Position numbers and translations under genes: made by a program. Under the pieces are notes generated by a model. That model saw only the letters and a program-made list of their open reading frames with translations, had not been told where the DNA came from and made no database searches. From Chrysomallon squamiferum (taxonomy: Eukaryota; Animalia; Mollusca), in assembly GCA_012295275.1 (NCBI GenBank), contig CM022670.1:7998001-8062000 (forward strand): 64,000 nucleotides of DNA. Reading direction: 5' to 3'. Below are positions 25,374 to 37,709 of this stretch, piece by piece. The stretch's first letter is position 1. The number at the start of each line of letters is the position of its first letter.

Positions 25374-27111
25374 AAATCATCTAAATAAGGGATATCTTGA
25401 AAAACAAATTTTTTCCTGGAAACAACCAATCTACCGTGTTAACGTATGCAACTACAACTAATATTTTATTATAACGATTATTCAAGAAATATTTCCATTT
25501 TCACTCTGCCACCAAGCTGATAAAAATTATATTCTTAAAAGTTGTCAAATATTTCTTGAAAATGTGACATTTATGAACATGCTGAAGTGCTATCTGAAAA
25601 GGCCAGCTGACTGTTTTAATAGCGCTAACTTAACAAGATCTGCCAAACAATAATTCAATCAATTGCCCAGAAGTAATTGGCCAAGGACAAACGATAACAA
25701 GACACACGGATGGACAAAGCGTGATAAAATCCAATGATAAAAACGCAGTCAACATAGATAAATCAAACTGTTATCAATATAAAAGCTTCATTAGCAGATA
25801 AAATATATTTTGTGCTTGGCTCAATTAGCAATCATCTAGATATTGAATTTTCTTTGTTTTTGTTCACTGTGTGTTAGACAGTCTGGTGTTTTATATTTCC
25901 TGGATTATTAAAAGTCGTTGCATGTTTTTTCCTGTCTGCACGAAGGTGTAAAATAAAGACTGCTTGTTGCTACTTTGTTGACTGTTGTAGCTACAAAGAT
26001 TACTTTTCTTAGAAAATCACAAAATATGAAAATGTATGACTGACACTTAATTGTTAATTATAATTTACACTGTGTTAAAATGTGTTGAAATTTCATTAAA
26101 CGTTCATTCTAAACTATTATCAATATAAGTGTTTTGTACATGGATCAATTACAATATGTTAAAGTTGAAAATAAAAAATAAAAAATAAAAATAATAAAAT
26201 CCTATCCCATAATAAAATTTAACTGACATTTAAGACAGTTCTATGCATTAATTTTGTATGTGACTCAATTAGCAGTTCACAAAGAACTCAAATTGTTCTG
26301 GTTTGGTTTGGCTTACGAAGACGAATCAGACATTTATGACAAACAGTTCACAAATAATATTCTTCAATAGCATTAAAACTGCATGAAATCTTTAAAAAAA
26401 ACTAAAAAAAAATGTTTATGTTGGTTTTGCTATGAAGTGCTAAAAAAAACTAAATATTTTTAGAAACATTAATACAACAATGAAGTTTTTTTTTTTTTTA
26501 TGAAAAGTTATTAACTTTATATACGATCTACAGGTGATAATTGTTCGAGATATTAAATGTATTTTTAGTTTTTAGTGTTAGAGAAGGTAGTGATGATATG
26601 TAAACAAGAAAAGCAAACAGAGGGTCCTGTTTGCTTCATCTTTCTGTAAAACATGAAGGACTCCCTCCAACATTCCTCAAATATTTTCCCATCCAAAGAC
26701 AGCACTGCCTTGCACTTTAACAACACAACCTCCTGCCATGTTATTATTTTCTTCAAATAAACAGCATTTCACTGCAGAAATAATTACTCATATCATGCAC
26801 AGAAACAAGAAGAACTCAAAAAAAAAAAATTATTAAAAAAAATCTCTATTGGCTGTATGCATTTTGATGTATTTATTTTTATTTGTATTCACAGCATCTG
26901 TAGAATGTTTTATTATTTATTTATTCATTAATTTATTCATTTATTCATTCATTCATTTATTATTTTTAATCAAACTTTTGTACTTTACTCTGGATATTAA
27001 TGGATTTTTTTTTTTTTTTTTGTTCTTTCTTCTTCTTTTTTAATTTTTAACTAACTATTATTATTGTTATTGTTATTTAACCTCATGAGATTCCTTAAGT
27101 TCTATTAGTAG

Positions 27112-27147
<36 letters not shown>

Positions 27148-27463
27148 ATATTGTGGTCATTAAGGCATATGATGTTCCCAGCATCTTTTAACCCCTCTGG
27201 GATATCACCTGCTGCAAGTTATTAACTAAGCCAAAGGAAATAACAGAATAGGAAAAATGTACTGGCCATGTGCTCATTCACGTATTTATGTACCTGCCTG
27301 CCAATTATTAACTGTACAGAGAAGGTGAGTATAAAGAAAAACAAACAAGACTACTGACAAGCCCACAGATATTTTACAAATGGAAGCTTTTTCTCATTAT
27401 GTATGGACATACCTATCGTAAATAACCAGGCAGAGAGATACTTAGATGGTGTTTAAATTACAC

Positions 27464-27571
27464 AAATAAAATGTCTTATCTCTGAACTGGTTTTGATTTA
27501 ATCTCATTTTGTTTTACAAAAATAAAATGTCTTATCTCTAAACTGGTTTCGATTTAATCTCATTTTGTTTT
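27464..27571. repeat. Recent tandem duplication, two copies, 56-bp period
   Basis: aaataaaatgtcttatctct[g/a]aactggttt[t/c]gatttaatctcattttgtttt at 27464 and 27520. Confidence 0.95.
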
Positions 27572-29807
27572 TCTAATTTGGCTCTTTTTTTTTTCATTTC
27601 TTTTCTTTTTTTTTGGTTCAGGGACATTGATGTTTATTTTCATTTTTAGTTTTTAACTGGATTTTTATCAAACACACTAAATAAATCTTAACAAAAAATA
27701 AAAAGAAGAAAATTCATTAACTAAATTACCTTCAAAATATTTATTTATTTATTATCATTATCAATTTAATTTTTAATTTTTAATTTTTATTATTATTATT
27801 ATTTCTTTTTTTGTTAGTTGTGTTATGGTTAATAAAAAATAAATTTACTAACATGATTTTAATCTTTAATTTATAATATTAAATTCTGTTTGGAAAACAA
27901 CTTACCATTTTTAGCTAATCCAAATAAAACATGTTAAAAACAGAAAACTTGACCTTCCTGTACTGCCGGTTTAAAAACAGTATCTAACATATGTTGTTTT
28001 ATTACCTACACACCCTGTGTAGCACATTCAATATTTTATATTATAATTTATTTATTTTAGAAATTTATTACACTATATTACTTTAAAAAAATGAAAAAAG
28101 TGTGTGTGTATGTGTGTGTGTGTGTGTGTGTGTGTTTAATAATTCAGTACCTGTTTCAGTAATGAGTTTATTTGTTTTTAAATTTTATATTTTCATATAT
28201 AATACAGGTATACTGTGAAAGGACAAATGATTCAACAAAAAGGGTTTTATTTTCAGTAACAAACAATTTACATACACACACACATATTTAAATGCTTTTT
28301 CAAGAATTATTTTTAATTTTTTAACATTGAAAAAGGTCATAGCTTGTCACATAAACATTAACAGCTGTACTTAAAGGAACCCTGTATCCTTTTCTATGAA
28401 ATAATCAGATACCTACTGATATATATTTACATTTTAGAACTCCACCTATTTTTCTTTTATAGTGTAAATAATCTTCCAGTGGTGATATAAGTATTCTTTT
28501 TCATTCATTTTCTTTACTTTATTCTTTATTTTCCTATTCTTTTTTTTTTCACACACCATTTATTTTTCAGTAAAATAACACAAATGATTATATATATCTA
28601 TACATAAAAGATAAAGAAAAAAAAAAAAATAATAATAACAACATTTTTATTTTATTTGTTCTTTTAAATCAGAAACATTCTGACACCACCCAGTTATAAC
28701 TCATGCATGATTGATCATTTCCCTACCTTCTTTTCCATGAACAGGCATGTATGATCTTTCAAGCAGAAAAGAAAAACAGCATGCGAATATGTCAGATTAG
28801 GTTTTTTTGGAGACATTAAATTAGTAACAGTAACTATTTAAATGTTTTACATTTGGTACTTTGATAACAAATTTCGGACATATTTTTCCAAATATTCTTT
28901 CTACATAATAATGCCTAACCACCTTCCCTTTAACAAATTGTCTTATAAAACATTTGAATTGGTCTGTGGGCTTACGTAGAAGCTGAACACGTCCTAATGC
29001 CCGTCTGCGAATAATGACCTGAAAGGATTATCAGAAAATCTGTGGTTAACAAGACAAAAACCTCAGATGGGAAAAGGCCATGCATTTTTTGTGTGCCTTA
29101 AACCTAACCAAGTTGACTGTTTCATCTGCCAGAATGAGCCCTGAATGAAAATAAGGTTACTGGAATTAGGATGCAGTCAGGCAACATGAAATATCAACAC
29201 TTGTTCCGTTCCTGAAATAATCCACCGAGAACAATGGTAATAAAAATTACTTAACAGTTTTCTTTTGGGGATAATTAGCAAAAGTTTATTATGCTAAATA
29301 CTAGAGCAAGTGTTGTAAAAGCACTTCAGTGCTGAGTATTTGGTTCAGAATTCTAAGCTGACTGTACAAGTCAGTTCTAATATTAGTAATAGTCTTTAAG
29401 GTATTCAAAGGCACAGCATGCTAAAGTGTACTTGTTTACAATGTGTCATAACCAATGAAAAATTATGAATAATTCCATACCATCACTTTAAATATTAGCT
29501 ACTTTAAAAAATAAAATATATATACATACATAAAACTTTGATCCAAAATAGCTTTGATGACTAATAGCTTATCCACAGTAAACAAATACTGGCAGCTTTC
29601 CCTTGCTAATCCTGGTCTAAGGATAACTAGGCAACATGAAATATTAATTTATCTTTTTAGTGCATCCTGTTATTTAATAGTGCTTTTAGTTTATTAAAAT
29701 AATACAACTAATCACATTACAAGACTTGTTTTGGTTCAAATCATTAGTAGACAAGGCAGTATAAAAAATTAATGTAGTATCACTCAGTAATTTATTTATT
29801 TTTTAAG

Positions 29808-29839
<32 letters not shown>

Positions 29840-29911
29840 TATTTATTTAACAGTATATTCACTTATTATTCCTAGCTGGCTATTTAAATCAAACACTAGT
29901 CAATTCTAGAC

Positions 29912-29986
29912 CAGGGATCAGCAAACTCTTTAGACCACTGACCGCTTCATGGAATTCTTGATCTTTCATCAGTCTGCAAACCCCTG
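29912..29986. mobile_element. 75-bp non-autonomous hAT (Charlie-like) MITE
   Basis: Imperfect 15-bp TIRs CAGGGATCAGCAAAC / GTCTGCAAACCCCTG. Perfect 8-bp target-site duplication TTCTAGAC (29904-29911 and 29987-29994), matching the Charlie NTCTAGAN preference. Confidence 0.85.
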
Positions 29987-30334
29987 TTCTAGACAGAAGT
30001 ATATCATGGAATATTAATGTATGTTCTTAGCTGAGTTATCTAACAGTGTATCTAGTGATTAAGAATTAAGCACTAGTGCTGTTGCATTAAGACTGGCTCT
30101 CCATCAGAATTATTAATAGACTCGAGACAGACAAAGCAGCATCAAATATTAATGATACTATTCATGCATGCAAATCAGCTGTTATCTAACAGTATTTCCT
30201 GTGTTCTGTTCATCAAGATTTAACTACAACTGCCACCAAATTAACACTGTCGGATCTTCAGCACAAAATCAATTCATTACTAGACTCAGGACAACTAGGC
30301 AACATGGATAAATCTATTTCTGCTTTCATTAAAG

Positions 30335-30600
30335 ATTAATGTTTAATGACACCTTTATACATTTTAATATAAATAACCTTTTTAATGATGTATCCAGGGC
30401 TTTTCGTAAGAATAATATTGATTATCAGAAAAGGTTTCTTTTATATATACTTCCCACAGACATGAAAGCCACCTATTATCATCACAACCTTTCATAAAGA
30501 AAGTGTTAGAACTTGAAATATCTTCACGGAAGAACTAAGGAGAATTGATCTTGCAACCAACAGCTTTTCAATCCAGAGCTCTACAATTGTGTCACAACAA
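30335..30600 (-). mobile_element. Decayed interspersed repeat, SINE-like
   Basis: Shares tgtttaatgacac(c)tttatac and aagg-tcttttatat-cttcc-cagaca blocks with 42531-42680 and 63010-63250. Ends in ttgatc(c/t)tg, a possible degenerate reverse B-box. Confidence 0.45.
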
Positions 30601-31650
30601 CCCTAGTTATATAACAAAGTAGATCAGCAATTATCTAACAGAATTTCTGTTCACCAAACAATCCCAGAGTTCATACACTAATTTACCCAATATGCTGATG
30701 CATTAAGGTGTGGAAAAAAACAGTTTTGTTGGTAAACAAGCTGTACCATGAATGAAGCCAAATGTTTTTACAAGGGCAGAGAAGTAAATGTACACAAGCC
30801 AAATAAAATTAGTTTCAACAGTTGCATAATACTCAGTAACGTACTAAACACACACACATTTATTTATATATATTTATATATTTATTTACGTTAAATATTA
30901 CTGCTTATCAAGAATCACAAAGTTTACAATTTTCTATCGTTGATATTTTAATTTTGCCGTCTATAGTTTTTATGAGAAACCTTTTATAATGTTCTCTCAT
31001 GTATGCGTATTTTCTTAACAAAATAACCACATATGCAACAGGAAGTAATCTTTGAGTGTGTATTAGACAAGTATATTACTTCTGGGCCAAGGCTCATATT
31101 TTAATAACAATAACAGACCAAAATCATAAGAATGTACAAGAAAGGTTTTTTTTTTTTTACTTTTTTTTTTTCATTAATTTAAAAAAAATATATATATATA
31201 TATATATTTATCTGTTTTTTCTTTCTTTTTTAATTTCAAATTTATTTATTAAAAAATTATTACAGATCAAATTAGAAATAATTTTCTTTTTTTAATGAAA
31301 ATGACAAAAAGAGACTGATAATCAACATTAACTTTTTAAATTTAATTTTTCACCCAAACAACAAAAATATCACATTAATAATCTAAATGAAATATATATG
31401 CTATCCAATCAACAACTTAATGAATACACAGAAGACAGACATAAAATAAACGTGATAGAGAAAAAAGTGGCAGTGTTTACAGCTGTATTCGTGTCTATAT
31501 TATCAGCCTGTGTGTTGATTCAAGTGAAATGCTAGCTAGGTGACACCAAGGCCAAACAAGCTGACAAAAGGTGTCAGACCTGCACTGCACTTCAAAGCAG
31601 GTTGAGACCTGCACTTACAAATGTAGGTTATTTCTGTACTCAGTTGACCT

Positions 31651-31683
<33 letters not shown>

Positions 31684-32848
31684 TAATTTCACATTTTTAC
31701 TACACTTCTGAATTAAAATTAATTTTGTTTTCCTCGTTGAATTTTGAATAATATTAAAAAAAAAAAAAAAAAAAAATTAACAACCAAACCAACCAAAAAT
31801 TATCATTACTTTTTTAATAGTGATGGGTTTAAAGCTTCTTTCCTTTCCTTTTTATTATTATTATTAATTTTTTTTCTTTAATAATATGTATTTTTAAACA
31901 CAATTTATTTACTTAAAAATAAAAAATAAAAAATAACGTTCTCAGCCCCCTTTACTTTTAAAAATAATTTTAACCCACAGCTCTAGACCAAAGTAAAAAA
32001 AAAAAAAAAAAAAAAAGTTATGTGATATATATTTTTACTACAATGTTTTTTTGGTTCAATATTTAAAGGCATAACCAAATTTTATCATTTGTAGTAAAAG
32101 TACCTCAGTAGATGAACAAATTTATTATTTTATTTTATTACTTATTCAGTTTTAGTTTTATTATTATTATTTTTTTTATTTAGTTATATTTTTCTGAATA
32201 TATCAATTATCTGTCTGTATTAAAATCTATAGAAAATATGTAAATACCAAATAATGTATTAAAACTAAAATTACTAAATAAACAAACTAAAATAATAAAA
32301 ATAATAATATTAATATGATTGTTATGTTAATACTTGAAATTAGTTAAGTAAAGTTTTAATAGGCCTATATTTTTTCTAACTAATCCATACTGAAAAAGCA
32401 AAAAAAGTCAGAATTTCCTTTAAAGTGTAGTTTGGTTTATCTGTTTTATTTTGTTTTGTTGTTTTTTCTAATGGACAAAAATTAATATTCAATGTTTGAC
32501 AATTAATCTGCTAATTTATTACAAACTACTGCATGTTAATCTCAGTATGATGCTTTTCAATGATCTCAACACAAACACAATTTAGTCTTATAAGTTGATA
32601 CAATAACAGTCAATGTTATAAATGATAAATGCTACGAATGTAAATGAGACAGAAAGAGAAAGATAAGAAAGGATGAGATGAAAGAGAGAACATTTTGTAA
32701 CAGCATGTTAATCAGGGGGAAAAAGGGAACATAAAAGACTTACGCTGTATTCACGTATGATGTGTGTAAGCATGCACATGCTTTTCTGGGTGTGTGTTTA
32801 ATATGTTCATGTTTCTATGAAGTGTTATTAAACAAAGATTTGACTTAC

Positions 32849-34896
32849 TCTATCCTGTCAGTTTCCTCGGATGGTGTTTGTTTGTTAGACTTCGAGGAAC
32901 TTTTGTGTCTCTTGTTGTTCTCAGTACAATCCAGATCTGGTTTTCTCTTCTGTGGCTTCTTCTCCAACACAGAACTCGACTCTGAAGATGACTTGGACCG
33001 ATGTTTGGTTTTGTTATCCGAATCACTAGAATTTAACACTTTGCTATTTGATTTCACATCACTGGGTAATTCACTCTCACTAACTCTTGCAGTCAGCTTG
33101 TCTCCCTCACACAACTTTGTGTGGTCTTTCACTTGTGACACACTTTCATCTGATTTTGTTGCAGGTCCCTGTTTATCTGGTGACCTACTTTCACTTTCAC
33201 TTTTAACATTTACATTCCTTTCATCTACCAACTCTGAATCTCTCACCTTGTATTTTGATCGGTTCCTTTCCGTAGAATCATTTGTTAATTCACTTTTTAT
33301 TTTCACTTTTTCCACACCATCTGCAAACTTAAAACATGGTCTGCTTGAAGAAGAATTGGCTTCAGCAATTTTTGTCCTGGACTTCAACTTCTCTGGTGAA
33401 TCAACCGATTTGCATTTCTGCTTTTCAGAAAGCACTGAATCGGAGATCTCGGAATGTGATTTCACTTTATCTGATGACTGGTGATTGTCACCATTCTGTT
33501 TGTTGACAAGTGACTTGCGTGAATGACCAACAACAGAATCGGACGTCTTCAGAGACACGGAATCCTTGGCATGTGAAGAAGGCAAACTTTTGGCATCCAA
33601 CTCTCCATCTGTAAGCACCTTAGAATGAGCAGATATGTCAGTGTTTTGGGACACAATGCCTGAAGCACTTTGGGAATTGTCTTTGGCAGGAATACAGTCT
33701 AACAACAGCAACTTAATCTGAACAATAATGGATGGTGCACCATCTGTGCATGTGAGCCCTGGTGGCTGGGATGACGAAGACAAAGACGTAGATGATGATG
33801 ATGTTGATGATAACAATGACGATGATGATGACAAGAGTGGGTTGTACTGGTTAGGAGATGAAAATGGTGGGATGGGGGACAACATAACAGGAGGATTGAA
33901 TTCTTTAGTGGTTTGCAGAGACTGTATGATGTCATCAACATGTTTGTCTGTGTCATTGTCAGTTCTCCTGTCACCAGAGCTGGCTTTTCTCACCTCCTCA
34001 TCTCTTTCTTTCTTTTTGTGACCTTTCGGCTTATTGTTCACTCTCTCACTCACCTTTGCTTTCTCTCCTGCATGTGCAGCTGATGATGGAACACTTCCTT
34101 GTGAAGATGATGATGAATCATCATCTCTGGGTGAGACAAACAGTTTTTTCAACACTGCTGCTTTGTTCTCATCTATCGTTGGATTAGACAGCAGACTAGT
34201 GCGTTTTTTGCCCTCAGGAGTGACTGTCTCTACATCCACAAAATCACTCTCAGAATCACTGTCTGATATCCAGGCTTTAGTTTTCACACTGCTCGACTTG
34301 TGTTTCTTTTCAGCACTCGACAAGACACTTCTGTTCTTTGTCGGGTGCTTACTCGGCATAGTCCTTGACCTGCTCTCACTAGCACCACTTTTACTCTGGT
34401 AATGTTTCTCATTCTTCAACGATTTGTTCACTTTCTCTGCTGCACTGCTCTGTCTGCGGTGACCTTTGTTACTGGCTGGTTTCACAGCATGCCTTGAGCT
34501 GGCACTGCTGCTGGAGCTGAGAGCACCGGGGGAGCTGAGACTTTCAACACTGCTGCTGTGGTTGATGTGGTGACTCTCATCCATCGACTCCACGCCATTC
34601 TGCTGTCTCTCGACATCCTTGGCAAACTGGACATCAAAGATGTTGTCACTGTGTTCCTTGTCATTAAGATGTTCAGTGTCAAAGGGCAATGAGATTGATG
34701 ATCCGATATCTTTCAATGGTACATGATGAGAAATTCCTGTGGTTATGAGCTCTTCCAAGAGATTTTCATTGGTTTTATCTATCTTCTTTGGTGCAGTGGT
34801 TTTCAAGTTGTTGGTCTTTGTGTCCAGACTGATGGGAGCTTCAGGCGAGGACTGTTTGACAGCATCAATGAAAGTTCGCAGACCCCAGTTTTGTGA
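32849..34896 (-). CDS. lilli/AFF4-like: AFF-like large central exon (2,048 nt, Ser/Lys-rich and likely disordered)
   Basis: Lies within the 693-aa ORF 32845-34926; tttcag acceptor and GA|gtaagt donor; phase 0 to 2. Starts SQNWGLRTFI (cf. AFF 'NKWQLDNWL') and contains IIVQIKLLLLDCIP (cf. the AF4 AF9/ENL-binding motif L[MW]VKI[TD]LDLLSRIP). Confidence 0.95.
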
Positions 34897-35191
34897 CTGA
34901 AACAAAATATACACAAAATCTACCATAACTTTTGAAACTAAAATATGCTTTAATAAAAATTATACAATTTATAATAGTTAATGTAATTTAAAATATGAAG
35001 TAAAGGGTTCTTCTTACAGATTTGATCCTATAACCTTCATTTCTTAATTAGTGAGAAAGAATGATCTCTATAATACTTCTAAGAGTTGAAACCTGACCAG
35101 GCCACCATGCTTGTTAATACACCTCACATTAATAAAACACTGTCCTTGGGGCAATAACAGATTATATTCAGAAGCTTATTCTTACACTCAC

Positions 35192-35351
35192 CTCTTTGGC
35201 TGGTGATTTGGGAAGTGGCTGGGAAGCTGAAGGGGAGGGTTTGTCATCTTTCCCTTCTTCATCCTCTGAACTTGACAGGTCACTGTCCGATGCTGAGCTG
35301 CTGTCACTGCTGTTGCTAGAACCATCGCTGTTGGATGACATGCTGGGACGT
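35192..35351 (-). CDS. lilli/AFF4-like: AFF-like Ser/acidic exon (160 nt; RPSMSSNSDGSSNSSDSSSASDSDLSSSEDEEGKDDKPSPSASQPLPKSPAKE)
   Basis: gtttcag acceptor and GAG|gtgagt donor; phase 2 to 0. A poly-Ser/acidic tract before the 'W-x-L' motif is typical of AFF proteins. Confidence 0.9.
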
Positions 35352-37286
35352 CTGAAACAATGAAGTTAAACACTCAGTTAAAACTCAGAGCAATCTAACA
35401 GACTTTTTTTTTTTACACTTTTGTGTAGTACTATAATCATCACAGATTGTTAGCGACTCAGGCATAATGACACTTGCTGAGACATATAAACACACATAAA
35501 CCAGGTCCTCCCAGACTAAACAATTCTGACTTATAATTACTGAAATATAGTCTGCTACTATACAGGGCCACTCACTAAAAATATATCAACTTCTAAATAT
35601 AGAGTTTGTTCTTGGAGGATCAATATCTGCGTGTGATGTCAGTGTATTGATCAGCAATCATAAGAAACGTCTTTCCCCTACTCATACTACATGTAATTGT
35701 CATTACTGCAGCACAGAATTAAATTCACGTTATTGTTTTGTTTATTCATATTACAGATTAGAATAAAACTCTTCAAAATACCATTCTAACACAGCAACAA
35801 ATGTGTAATTACGGACAGGCACAAATACTTGTTTACACAGAATAAGTACTGTTGTGAAGGTAAAATTACAATAGGATAAAAGACACAACAACACTTAATC
35901 TAATATTTTTCAAAACTACTATTTCCATTAATGAAAATATAAATATGTTTGCATAATGACATCTGAAGACATTTTTTTGTTGTTGTTTTTTTTAGTAATA
36001 ATAACTGGGGAAATGAAACCAAGTAACAATAAAGTATCTGTATATATAATAAAATTAATAATACTTTTTAATCTGAAAATCTTGTAAACATTTTATTTTT
36101 CACAACTGTGGAATTAAACTACTTATATTTTTTTGCTAAAAAAAAAGATCTCTACCAAGGGATTTGATCCTGTACCTATCAGATCTCAGTGAAAAATGTT
36201 CCACTAGATTTAAAGCATAATCAAACCTTAACATTTACATATAATCCTTTCAAGAAATATTTTAGGTAATAAATTCTTATTTGTAAACCAGAATCATGTG
36301 CAAAGACAAAAAGGAATTTTTTTTTTTTTTTATTATTATTTTGAATGATATTTTGTTATCAAAGTGCTTTGGACCTTGTATATCCATATACAAACAATTA
36401 TTTTAACCTTTTTTTTCTTCCATGTTTTTTTTTTGTATTATTATTTCCTTTTATCTTACTCTCTTCCTTTTCAGTTATCAGTGATTACAATAATCTGAAC
36501 TCTTTTTGTGACAATGACTGGGAAAAGTCACTGCAGGCAAATTGAAACTGTAATATTCACAAAGATGTATTGATTAGAAAAGTCCTTCGTTTTTGTGCAC
36601 AAGAAAATCTATACACAAAGTCAGGAAATGATAAAATGTTTTTTTTAGATTCTACTGATTTATTTATCTGTTTTAGAAAAAAAAAAAAAAAAAAAAAAAA
36701 GATGGAAAGAAAAAAGAAAAAGAAAAAAAAAAATGAAAAAAAAAAAAAAAAGGAGAAAAGGATTTCTGTTATCTCAAAGATTTAATTGTTTTAAATGGAA
36801 GAAATGGTAGAACTCTGATTCAGAAACACGCACATAAAAAGAACAACACCCACACCCACACCCACACATACAGACACATACATATGTCTCACTGTAGAGG
36901 AACCAGCTGTCCACTGTTTGTATGGATGTATGTTATGATAAATGATAAGTTTTTGTTTTACTTTATCTGAAACTGTCAACAATCTGAAACAGATAATAAA
37001 CTAATGAATGTTTGGCACCACACTGGAATCAGAAAACTATAATTTTTCTAGATGTTCGTGTCAAAACTGACACTTTCTGTTTTCTTTTTTAAAAATCGTT
37101 TTGAAGCTGTGATTCATTTTTTACATTCCTTGAAACAGAAAATATAGACAAAGGTTAGTGACCTACATGTGTCTGCTATTTGTCTCTGTCAGAGTTATGA
37201 CAATTTATTTAACTGATAAAAACATCTTCAAATTTATAGCTTTCCCTGTCCTTAGTGTATTCTTCAAGGCCCTTTTTATTCTATTT

Positions 37287-37320
<34 letters not shown>

Positions 37321-37621
37321 TTTTTAAAGTTTAATTTATACATTTTTTAAAATTGACAGATAGGTTTGTTTTGAGCCAAGATGTGCTTCTTAAACCATTA
37401 ATCATTAATTTGTGACAGCAATCTGTCATGAGTATAAAACAAATAGTCATGAAATATTTTCATCATTTTATGATGTGCAGAAAAACTGAAAGACAAATAT
37501 ACATTTATGTATATAAAAAAAGGAATGTGTGCATACATGTGTTCTGAGCATGCACACAAAAATACTGTTACTTAAACAGATTTACAAATAGATAAACAGT
37601 CATAGATGCAGTGAGATAAAC

Positions 37622-37623
<2 letters not shown>

Positions 37624-37702
<79 letters not shown>
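37624..37702. repeat. (GA)n microsatellite
   Basis: Direct reading. Confidence 0.98.

Positions 37703-37709
<7 letters not shown>

Noticed and set aside
32762-34402. Plus-strand ORFs of 240, 97 and 122 aa
   Set aside because: These are antisense shadows of the Ser/Lys-rich AFF exon, with no independent splice or homology support.
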